Shown here: piece after piece, positions 53,155 to 64,000 of the stretch
Layout of the letters: the number at the start of each line of letters is the position of its first letter
How positions within the stretch are numbered: position 1 is the stretch's first letter
DNA from: Octopus bimaculoides
Taxonomy: Eukaryota
Direction: 5' to 3'
Length of the DNA stretch: 64,000 bases
NCBI RefSeq assembly: GCF_001194135.2
Contig: NC_068984.1
Span: forward strand, 57,228,642-57,292,641
Position numbers and translations under genes: made by a program
The notes under the pieces: model-generated
The model's database searches: none
The model's input: only the letters and a program-made list of their open reading frames with translations
What the model was told of the DNA's origin: nothing

Positions 53155-53689
53155 TAATGACTTATCTGTTTCTATAGAAGGTAGAGTGTTATTGAAGGGT
53201 AATTGTGCTGCTATTTCTAACGGATCTCTGTAATTGGCTAGTAGTAGCTCTTAATGGTTTGACTGTATAAATAAATTGTTATTCTGTCAATATATTATAT
53301 ACCTTTTAAGCAGATTATGCTTATTTCCTATATCCTCATTTGTGAGGGTGCATATTCTGGTGGTTAAGGCATTGCACTCACAATCATGAGATTGTGGTTT
53401 CAATTCCTAGACCTGGTGGTGCATTGTGTTCTTGAGCAAAACACTTCATCTTACATTGCTCTGTGATCACTTTGACACCTGACATGTGATACACCATGCA
53501 CCTGTTCAGGCATATGTGCAGGTTGTTTGGCCAAGGCTGAACACTCATACATTGTATTTGATGTGAGAGGCCATCATATTCTCATTGACATCACCATCAT
53601 TATCATTTTATGCCCATTTTTCCATGATGGCTTGGGTTGGATGGGATTTCTTCAGCACAGCAGTTCGCCCACTTGTTGCAGTCCATTAT

Positions 53690-54650
53690 GAAATCCTTTA
53701 TGAGGTTCAGTATCTTGAAATCAACCTTGATCACTTCTTCTTTTCTTCATTAGTTTTCTCTTTCTTCAGGATCTCTTGGCACTTCTTTATATTGAGTGGC
53801 ACAATCTTCACTGGGGAAAGATTTAATATTTACAATTAAGTCTCTTCTGTTTCTTAGTGAGCATCAAGTATATCTGAATTATGTGTTCACCTGACTGGAC
53901 TGATAGATGATCGTTCTGTTGAAGCTAGTGTTGCAAATGGTTAGATCATTTGTGTCACATAATGCCAAGAATTTTTACCATCTTCTCATGCTTTTGCTGC
54001 ATCCATAGCCTCAATGAACAGTGGTGTAGCCATCAAGGTGTTATCCAACATGTCCATTAAAGTTTTTTTGTGTGTACGATAGTATTCCCAGAGAGAAAGA
54101 TTGATACTTAGGGTTAATCAAAGAACCTCACTGATCCAGGATTATCCTTACTACCAAGCGTACGTGTCCTTCCAGCTATTATTCGCCAGTCTACAAGTGC
54201 AATGTGAGATTAAAACTGTTGTCTTGAACCATGCTTACCTCTCTTATCTTTCCTTAGTGAAATGTGGAAAGTTTATGAAGAAGAGGGCAAGTATCTGTTC
54301 TCATTCCTTTCAGGATACAACCTCTTTTACAATAGTCACCAGATGAAGGGAAACTGCCTGTACTTCTTACATAAAGAAAGGCTGAGACGATCTTCAAAAT
54401 GGACTGAACCACTTGCTGGATATCTCCTACACACAAAACAGCTGTTCAACAAAACTTCATGAGCCAGCTATGCTAACACATTAACTAAGTGCATGTAGAA
54501 CAGTTTCATTGTTTTGTGTGCTTCTCAAACAGTCCAACTGATGGCACTTCTATGCCCAAATGGACATTGCTCTCCAGGTGCTGGGTTGCAACCACACCAA
54601 CTTGTCCTAGTTAATGTATATGCCATTGTTATTGTCTGGAATTTCTGCTG
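53690..54650 (-). mobile_element. Degenerate RTE LINE, AP-endonuclease region
   Basis: Minus frames give NGHVG*HLDGYTTVH*GYG, CDTNDLTICNTSF and IVNIKSFPSEDCATQY. These correspond to the RTE endonuclease motifs GDFNGHVG, NTxF and ECxxQHR. Confidence 0.75.
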
Positions 54651-55281
54651 TGACCACCAGGATGATGGTGGTGGTGGTGGTGGTGGTGGTAGTTTGCTTT
54701 GTAAGGATGGAGATTATCTTTAGATGTATGTAAAAAAAAAATTAAACATAATGATGATAGCTCTGGTTAGTGCTATGGGAAAGCAACTCATTTGAGAACT
54801 TCTTGGAGATCAAAAAAAAAAATCTAGTTGTAATTAATTTTCTTTTATTGCCTCAATCTCATATAACATCAAGAAATAATTGCTGAGCATTTATTTTTCA
54901 TGTGTAAATATTTATTTGACTTGATTTTATATAACTGAAATCAGTTTCATCATCAAGAAAGAATTATTAACTTCATGAAATACTTTTTAGCCTATTTATT
55001 TTGGTTTGTGAGTAAGTCACATGGGTGATATTCACCTCCCCATGGCAACACAATAGATACTTCTGATATTTTTTATGCCTCACAATTTTGATTACTTTCA
55101 AGAAGGATAGTGAAGTGTTAGGGGATATTTCCAAGTTGTCAAGATTCTCTTTATTGTTGGTTTATTATTTACATGAGCAGAACAAGATTGTGAATGCACA
55201 CTACATTTCATTACAATAGTGTTATTTTCCCTTTATAAATCCCTACCTGTCTTTTATATATATGTATGTATGTATATATAT

Positions 55282-55618
55282 ATTCTTTTACTTGTTTTAA
55301 TCATTTGACTGTAGCCATGCTGGAACACCACCTTCAGTCAAACATATCAGCTCCAGGACTTATTTTTTTATTCTATCAGCTTCTATTGCCAAGTTGCTAA
55401 GTTATGGGAATGTAAACACACCAACATCGGCTGTCAAGTGATGGTGGGGGTGGACAAACACACACACATATATACGATGGACTTCCTTCCGTTTCCGTCT
55501 ACCAAATCCACTCACAAGGCTTTGGTCGGCCCGAGGCTATAGTAGAAGACACTTGCCCAAGGTGCCATGCAGTGGGACTGAGCCCGGAACTTCTTACCAC
55601 ACAGCCACTCTTGTGCCT
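55282..55618 (-). mobile_element. SINE family A
   Basis: Collinear with 702-1108, with a small deletion in the head. Confidence 0.85.
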
Positions 55619-55814
55619 TACATATATACTGTGATTGAGAAGACCCAGCAAGTAAAGTGAGATCATAGCCGTAACCTATACCAGTGTCGCATAATCAGCC
55701 CATTTAAAAAGTATTTTTGAATCATCAGACAACACGCCGTGCTATTGAGTCAAGTAAAATGAAAATCAAAATCACAATCAGAATTTCAATCAAATCAAAA
55801 TCAAATTGGAAATT

Positions 55815-56140
55815 GTAGTTGTGGCCAATGCCAGTGCCACCTGACTGGATCCCACGCTGGTCGATGCCAGCCCCTGCCCCGACTGGCTCCTGTGCCAGTC
55901 GCACATAAAAAGCACCATTCAAACATGGCTGATGCCAGTGCTGTCTGACTGGCTCCCATACCGGTGGCACGTAAAAAGCACCCACTACACTCTCGGAGTG
56001 GTTGGCGTTACGAAGGGCATCCAGCTGTAGAAACCTTGCCAGATCAGATTGGAACCTGATGCAGCCTCCTGGCTTGCCAGTCCCCAGTCAAACCATCCAA
56101 CCCATGCCAGCATAGAAAACGAACATTAAATGATGATGAT
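55815..56140 (+). mobile_element. RTE-type 3' tail with internal GCCAGT..CTGACTGG repeats
   Basis: Ends CCAACCCATGCCAGCATAGAAAACGAACATTAAATGATGATGAT. Confidence 0.8.
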
Positions 56141-56159
56141 ATATACCTTATCTTTGTGC

Positions 56160-56195
<36 letters not shown>

Positions 56196-56198
<3 letters not shown>

Positions 56199-56778
56199 TC
56201 ATCATCATCATCATCATCATCGTTTAACGTNNNNNNNNNNNNNNNNNNNNNNNNNNNNNNNNNNNNNNNNNNNNNNNNNNNNNNNNNNNNNNNNNNNNNN
56301 NNNNNNNNNNNNNNNNNNNNNNNNNNNNNNNNNNNNNNNNNNNNNNNNNNNNNNNNNNNNNNNNNNNNNNNNNNNNNNNNNNNNNNNNNNNNNNNNNNNN
56401 NNNNNNNNNNNNNNNNNNNNNNNNNNNNNNNNNNNNNNNNNNNNNNNNNNNNNNNCCTAACGCCAACCACTCAGAGAGTGTAGTGGGTGCTTTTACGTGT
56501 CACCCGCACGAAAACGGCCACGCTCGAAATGGTGTCTTTTATGTGCCACCCGCACAAGCCAGTCCAGGGGCACTGGCAACGATCTCACTCGAAAATCCTA
56601 TGGGAGCCAGTCAGGCGGTACTGGCAACGGCCACGCTCAAAATGCTGCATCTCATGTGCCACCTGCACAAGAGCCAGTCCAGGGGCACTGGCAACGATCT
56701 TACTTGGCTTGCCGGGTCTTCTCACGCACAGCACATTTCCAAAGGTCTCGGTCAGTAGTCATCGCCTCGGTGAGGCCA
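56196..56778 (-). mobile_element. RTE 3' tail, inverted relative to 55815-56140; probable TSD ATACCTTATCTTTG
   Basis: (CAT)nCGTTTAACGT...gap...CCTAACGCCAACCACTCAGAGAG...CAGTAGTCATCGCCTCGGTGAGGCC, the same text as 37894-37918. ATACCTTATCTTTG occurs at about 56143 and 56786. Confidence 0.85.
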
Positions 56779-57624
56779 TATATACATACCTTATCTTTGC
56801 TATATTTTCTTACCCTTCTTCCTTTGATCCTGCGTTCTTTACCCTCTCTACTTCCCACTTACTGAAAATATCCTAACATTTTAACAGGGTTTGCTCAAAT
56901 TCTAGCTCTAACTTGTATTTTGTTGTGATCATTTTTTTATTTCCTAAACAGCATGATATATTTTGATAAATCCTTAATATACACACCATCATTGTACACA
57001 AAATTATTTCAAGCCAATGGAGTGTTTACATGGTTGCTCAATCTGCTAGAAACAGTAACCAAATATTCCTCCAACTACAAGCTGTTATCTTTAAAATGCA
57101 TACATCAAATAATGTTGTCTGAAGTACACTATTCCTATAAAAGAAATGTCATGATGTGATTGCTTTTAATCATTGGTCTTTTTGATCAGGGTCAATCTGG
57201 AACTAAACAACGACAACTACAACAGAAATTACAAAATATGTTGCAGGATTTCTTCAGAGTCTATCTTTGTTTCTGAGTCACTTAATTTCAATATAAAAGC
57301 TGTATATTATTCTGACCTTATTCAAACATTACAGTCAGCAGGAGAATATCTTTAGATTTTTATCTGTTTCCTTCCCTCACCTCCCACCCATCTGGAAATT
57401 CATTTCTTTAAAGTAAATAATAGCAGAATTATTTTCTAGTACAACCTGATACTTAGAAAAGGTCAAACAACAGTGATGATTCCCTAAAATAAATAAACAG
57501 CAGAAATGAAATATATAAAATATATTTATTTGATCCAATAATGCAGCATCTCTAATAATTTCACCTGCTATAAATAGCAACCAAATAATCTAAATAAGTG
57601 TGGTTTTCAAGGAGTGTGTCTTTC

Positions 57625-57851
57625 TTAATCCTTTAGCATCCAGATTACATTGTCTTATGTAAAGCTTTTCTTATTCATTGTTTTGAATTAGTGATGTATT
57701 ATCTCAAAGCTTTCAGATTTCAAAGATGTGATTGTTTATTTTTAGAATGGCATTGTAGGTTAGGTGTTAGAGGCCAGATTTGGCCAGTTTGAAGATAAAA
57801 TAGGGAGAATATTTGGGCCTGATCTGGTCAGTTTAAATGCTAAAGAGTTAA
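57625..57851 (+). mobile_element. piggyBac-like MITE (copy 5, best preserved ends)
   Basis: TTAA-TCCTTTAGCAT ... ATGCTAAAGAG-TTAA: terminal inverted repeat with TTAA on both sides. Confidence 0.75.
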
Positions 57852-58022
57852 TAGAAACCTCTCCTTCAAAATCACAGCATTAAATACTTTATTAAGAGCC
57901 TCTGTGATGAGAAAGTTGACATATTACAGTCCATATCACATTATTTCACATATCATAATGAGTTATCATTATACATGCTCTATACTTTGTTTTTAAACTA
58001 CTTTCATATTTATTATGTAAAC

Positions 58023-58194
58023 AGGTGCAGGAGTGGCTGTGTGGTAAATAGCTTGCTTACCAACCACATGATTCTGGGTTCAGTCCCACTGTGTGGCACC
58101 TTGGGCAAGTGTCTTCTACTATATCCTCGGGCTGACGAAAGCCTTGTGAGTGGATTTAGTAGATGGAAACTGAAAGAAGCCCGTCATATATATG

Positions 58195-58280
<86 letters not shown>

Positions 58281-58489
58281 TGTATGTTTGTGTGTCTGTG
58301 TTTGTCCCCCCACCATCGCTTGACAACCGATGCTGGTGTGTTTACGTCCCCGTAACTTAGCGGTTCGGCAAAAAGAGACCAATAGAATAAGTACTAGGCT
58401 TACAAAGAATAAGTCCTGAGGTCGATTTTCTCGACTAAAGGCAGTGCTCCAGCATGGCTGCAGTCAAATGACTGAAACAAGTAAAAGAG
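58023..58489 (+). mobile_element. SINE family A, complete, sense orientation
   Basis: AGGTGCAGGAGTGGCTGTGTGG...GGTTCAGTCCC...GACTGAAACAAGTAAAAGAG. Confidence 0.9.
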
Positions 58490-60651
58490 GTTATCCCTTA
58501 AAATCACAATAATATTTGTTTATTAATATCTAAACCCATTTTGTTTCTAGTTTCAAATATTTCTATAGGTATTAGTATTATTTAAAATTAGGAACAAATT
58601 GGATTTAAGATATTTAGATATTAGTATTATTTTTGGTTTATTTTAATTTAAACTTATATTCATAAATTGAGCTCAGTTTATCAGTCAGCTTTATATCTGT
58701 CTAACAAACCATTTTTATTTTATGGCATCTTGTTTTAGACATTTGAGGACTTATCTTTTCATAATTACCTACATTTGACTATCATATTACAAATTTTAAG
58801 TTACCCATAGAGAGAATGTTGAATAAGTTCAAAATCTTAAAATCCTGACAGATTTTTGCAATTCACTGGCTTTCAACCATTTTGATAATAATGACACTTT
58901 AAAGTAGTTTCTTTTAGAAGTTTACTAAATTTAGCTAATCAGTTTTTATAACATATTAAAACCAAACCATAGCTGTCATTTGCTGCTGAGTATGATTTAG
59001 TAGTGTGGATCATGTTTTTACTAATTGCTTTAGGTACCTATGTAGTCATGAGCTGGTATAGATACCCATTCAGTCTTTCACCCTTGACCCAGTAGTACAA
59101 CTAGGGTGTTACAGCTGGTGAGAAGGTTGCACTAACACTCAGCTAATATTCATATCTAGCTGTGTAGACTAGAGCAACGTGAAATGAAGTGCCTTGCTCA
59201 AATTATAACATACTACCTGCTCTATGAATTGAACCAATGGCCTTAAGATTGTGAGAGCAACACCCTAACCACTAGGCCACTCAATATAACCAGCTTGCAT
59301 CATTCTTAAGCATGTTACTGCAATATCTAGACTGGAAAAAAGAAACAAACACTACTACTCTAATTTATTTGTATATCAGAAGTTAAAACCAGTTGTTAAA
59401 ATCCTAGATAACTTGAATATGTTTACTACTTTGAACAGACTGATCAAATACAGATAAAATATTAACTGGCTTACACAAAATAGATTTGATAAAAGACTGC
59501 GGAAATTAGAATTAGCTATATAATATCTATACTATCTTGGATTAGCAATTCAGTCTCAGAATAGCTTCTAAATTTAATATCATATATTTGGTATTTTAAT
59601 ATTTGTATATAATTTCTTTCTTCTTTGAACCAGTTGCTATATTCTTTTTCATTCAATGAATGTCTTGTGATAAACATGACAGGTTTTAAAATTTCAGTTT
59701 CTTTAAAATTATTATTATTGTTATTATTATTATTTTCTAAAAATGTTTTGTATTATCAGAACATGAAGAATATTTCTGTAATGTCATAAATGCTGTTTAT
59801 GCTAGTTTTTTTTTTTGTTTTTTTTCGTTTCATATAATCGCATATGTTTATTTTACTCTTAAGTTTTTAGTAAAACTGTTAGAAAATGTAATTTCTTTTG
59901 TGGTAAGTTATTTTTTTTATATGTTTTAATACTACAAAGTCAGATTTATTTTGAAACTTTATTACATAAGTTTATTTAAATTTGAATGCACAACTATTCA
60001 ATGAAATTAATTAGCATTTCCTTCATTGAAGATAGGACTTCTGTCAAAATTTTCATGCTAACATATTTTAATTCCAACCCCAAACATTCCTTTGACAGTA
60101 GTTGTTAGTTCTTTGTATTATAACCAAAATGTGAAGAAGACAGTGTAAGTGGAAAGTGTCAATCATTTCCACCAACCAATATCAATTATAGAGCTTTAAA
60201 TGTCTGTTACAACTTATTGTTACTGATCAGTATTTTTTTTTAAAATTTGTTCATTTGTGTGTTTCTTACCTCATATTTGGTAGATTATTTTTTTTTCTGC
60301 AGATAGTAATTAGTTCTTAGCAATAATATAAAGCATTTATCTTACCACCTTCACCCAAACTTAAATCATATACACTGTTCCTATTTTTTTTTTAGTTTTG
60401 GTTTAATATATTTATAGACTGAAATATAATACTTTCATTTGTGCCAATACAGAATAAAAAAAAATTGTAAGATAGTCATAAGTTGATTGTCTTTTCCAGC
60501 AGTTGTTAATGAATGATTTTCAGTAGGTGATTAGCAAATGATCTTTAAATTAGAATTGTTTATACTCATTTGTTCACTCATTTAATATCTATTAGCTATA
60601 TTAGCATGGTAAAATAGATGTTAAGTGAAATGATCAAACAAATTGCTTGCA

Positions 60652-60703
<52 letters not shown>

Positions 60704-60823
60704 NNNNNNNNNNNNNNNNNNNNNNNNNNNNNNNNNNNNNNNNNNNNNNNNNNNNNNNNNNNNNNNNNNNNNNNNNNNNNNNNNNNNNNNNNNNNNNNNN
60801 NNNNNNNNNNNNNNNNNNNNNNN

Positions 60824-60871
<48 letters not shown>

Positions 60872-60944
60872 TGATAATTTGGCTGTCATTTTTATCTAAG
60901 GAATATATAAAAATTAGAAGCAAAGGAAAGAAGAAAACAAAAGG

Positions 60945-61450
60945 GTGCTACTCATTTCTGTATTCTGCTATGAATGATAAGGCCTATTCTGATAGAGAAG
61001 TGTTTGTCCCAAACCACAGACTGATGCTAACTTATACCAGGGCTGTTATGGTGTGATTTGTGAGCTTCCCTTTTGGCTTTGCTATAGAGATTCATAAAGA
61101 TCCAAAAGTCATTGTATTCTTGGTGCTAACCGCCATCAGTGGAGACTTATCTCAAACAAGATTCTCTCATGAGTGAGTAACTCTTGCAGTGTTTTAAGGT
61201 TGCTTTCAGTGCATCTTTGAATCTTTTATATGGTGCACCAACACTGCATCCTCCAGTTGATAGTTCAGAATAGATTATCTGTGGGAGTTTGCAGTCAGAT
61301 ATTCTGACAACATGCCTAACCTTTTGCAGCTTGATTTGGTTGAGCTTAGCAAATAAACTGAGAGCATTGGTATGCCTGTATCAGGAATTTACTCCTGTCA
61401 CTTTATGTTTAGAATCTTCCTAAGAGAAGACATGAGGAAATTATGAAACC
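60945..61450 (-). mobile_element. RTE (BovB-like) LINE, ORF 3' end
   Basis: Minus frames: FHNFLMSSLRKILNIK*QE*IPDT...HVVRISDCKLPQIIYSELSTGGCSVGAPYKRFKDALKATLK...HFSIRIGLIIHSR. Confidence 0.8.
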
Positions 61451-61469
61451 TTTTTTGTATCAATATTTC

Positions 61470-63240
61470 AAAAAGTCTTTTTTGAAACAATCTCTGACAT
61501 AGAGAACTTTTGGGCTTCTCTAAAGAGATTCTGTATACTTTTGCAGCTGACATCCATGGCCATACAGGTAGACAGTACAGGATTGGTTTGAGGAAAATAA
61601 TTAATCAAGGTTATCATTTATGGTCCAAACTCACTGTCAAAGGCAGATGTTCTGCACTCATGTAAAAGTGATTTCCAAAATGAATTAAGAATCATGAAAA
61701 ATAAGTGGTTTGAAAAACAGGATCAGGAGGTGAATTTCTAGGCTGGCACAAATAATGTACAAAAATTATTCATATAATTTAGGCCCAAGTGGAGTTGCAT
61801 CTAGATTAAATTAAGGCTTTCCATCCTTTCAGCAGATAGAAATATGTATCACAAAGAAGCAATACATGAAAGTTGACTTGAACACTTTTAAAATGTTCTG
61901 AAAAGACCATGCAACATAAATGGGCCATCTGTTGACAATCCGTTGATTACCATCAACACAGTTCTTGATGAAGTTCCCAACTCTTTTGAATGCAATGAAG
62001 CTACAAGGTTCTGTGTTTTATTAAAGCTTCAGGTTCTGTCTTTTGATAAAGCAGCAGGTTTAAATTCAATTCCTGCTAAAATAAAATACCCTCGGTGGTG
62101 AAATGCTCATTGAAAAACTGAGCTGTTTTTTTCCTTCTTGCAGTCAACAAGCACCACTCCTCAAGAATTCAGGAATGATATAATTATTTATTTTCATCAG
62201 AAGAAAGGCAACAGGCATTCATGTAGCAATCACAGAAGCCTTTCCCCTTTTGTGAATTGCTGGCAAGAATTTTGATGAGAATATTCTTGCATTGCCTCAG
62301 TAACTATCTTGCCACTAACAATCTTCTACCACAAAGCAAAGAAGTGTATATCCAAGAAAAATGTATAGAGCAGAATCAGACCCTACATATAACCTTTGTT
62401 GATCTCACAAAAGCTTTTGACACAATGTGTCAAGGTAGCTTATGGAGAATCATTTCCAAATAGTGTCCGCATATGTTCATGCCTATGATGTGCCAATTTC
62501 ATGATGGCATGTTATTAAATTTTATATGGTAGATGTAGCTATCATTTTCTGTCACAAATAGAATGAAATTCACTTGTGTCTTAGCACCTACTCTTCATTA
62601 TCATGTTTTGTGCTATGTAGAAGAAGCCTTTAGAACACTACCATTTGGAATCAACATTACATACAGATATGATGCCAAATAGTTTAACTCTTTAGTATTC
62701 AGATTACTCTGTCAAATGTAATACTTATTCACATTTTATAAAATTAATCCTGTATTATCTTGTAGCTTTGATATTTCAAAGATATGATTGCTTTTTTTCA
62801 GAATGATATTGCAGGGTAGATGTGAGAAGCCTAATCTGGTCAATTTTAGCATAAAACAGATAGAATATTTAGGTCAGATATAGCTGGTTTAAATGTTAAA
62901 GAGTTACTCTTTGCCAGCAAAAACCAAATTTGCAAACAATTATAGATTGCTTGCACCAGATGAGTCCAATATACAAGCGTATGTTGATAAATTTTCATAA
63001 GCCTTCCACAACTTCAGTGTCACAATACAAAAACAAAAAGTGTTACATTTATCTGTCCCAGGGCATGCACCGTGTGTACTTCTTGGAATAAAAGTAACTA
63101 AAACCGAGATGCAAAATGTGGAAAATTTTGAATATCTTTGAAGTACACTTTGCTTAAAAGCCTGCATTGATGTCATCACATGGTGACAAAGCTAGTACAG
63201 CTTATGGTGCAGAAACAGTACACCAGTTCCATGCTAAAAA
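61470..63240 (+). mobile_element. RTE (BovB-like) LINE, linker and reverse transcriptase region, opposite orientation to its 3' end
   Basis: DIENFWASLK...QDWFEENN, then ORF 62257-62463 QEKCIEQNQTLHITFVDLTKAFDTMCQGSLWRIISK, ending KASTAYGAETVHQFH. Confidence 0.85.
62684..62906 (+). mobile_element. piggyBac-like MITE (copy 6) nested in the RT region at a TTAA
   Basis: TTAACTCTTTAGTATTCAGA ... AAATGTTAAAGAGTTA. It interrupts LINE text YRYDAK*FN|...AKTK. Confidence 0.75.
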
Positions 63241-63241
63241 G

Positions 63242-63276
<35 letters not shown>

Positions 63277-64000
63277 CACGTGTATGTATATATATGTACA
63301 TACATATATGTATACATATATGCATCTACATACACAAATACATTCATAAATAATAAATGTATGTATGTGCATGTATATGTGGGTCTACAGTCATGTATGT
63401 ATGTGAATGTATAACGTATGTATGTATATATATGTACATACATATATGTATACATATATGCATCTACATACACAAATACATTCATAAATAATAAATGTAT
63501 GTATGTGNNNNNNNNNNNNNNNNNNNNNNNNNNNNNNNNNNNNNNNNNNNNNNNNNNNNNNNNNNNNNNNNNNNNNNNNTATATATAATTCAGATAAAAT
63601 TTAATACATTCCATGGAATTTTTTTTCTGCTAGAATTCTGTTAACAATTATCTAAAAATACAGAAGGCTTTTTTATATTCTTTCAGTATTCTGTATGTTT
63701 CATCATTCAGAACTGTTCATTTTAAATAAATCTCAGGAGACCGTGAGGAAAGGTAATTCTCTCAAAATGACATCAAATGTAATGCTTTCCTAATGGATCT
63801 TGCAAGAATTCATCTACAATTGGAAGTTGTACACTTTCAGGCTTCTGAGTAATTAGGATGGCGTATCTGCCTACAGCTGTCTTTCTCCTTTCACCACAAT
63901 CTGAAGTATTTGGCATCCACTTGTCACTCAATTAGTTCCCATTATTTCTTTCAGTGTTTGTAGGTTACAGCTTCATTCCCAGTGGATGCATCGACACACA

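Noticed and set aside
63290-63507. Tandem duplication of about 128 bp
   Set aside because: It is microsatellite-like and ends at an N gap, so it is likely a minisatellite or a scaffolding artefact.

Overview
AT-rich eukaryotic DNA, mostly intron and repeat, with six assembly gaps. The repeat content (tRNA-headed CORE- and Meta-type SINEs, RTE LINE tails ending in (CAT)n, dense AT/CA/CT microsatellites) points to an octopod cephalopod, probably Octopus; this is an inference from remembered repeat families, not a search. The one well-supported host coding segment is a 1,536-bp phase 0-0 internal exon (47659-49194, +). It encodes 512 aa of Ser-rich, apparently disordered protein that I cannot assign to a gene. 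Several candidate upstream first exons lie at about 2.3, 3.7 and 26.4-26.9 kb, and I found no downstream exon in the window. Transposable element relics include a full-length inactivated mariner with intact TIRs (15023-16273), an R4/Dong-type LINE fragment between about 200-bp direct repeats, several RTE fragments (one with an inverted 5' segment), six piggyBac-like TTAA MITEs and many SINEs. The most unusual signal is at 31.3-32.9 kb. A tRNA-headed SINE ends in a minimal, dimer-type hammerhead ribozyme of the kind carried by Penelope-like elements. About 1.1 kb downstream, a 289-bp foldback carries one hammerhead motif in each arm, in opposite polarity and with complementary defects. All translations and alignments were done by eye; no database searches were run.
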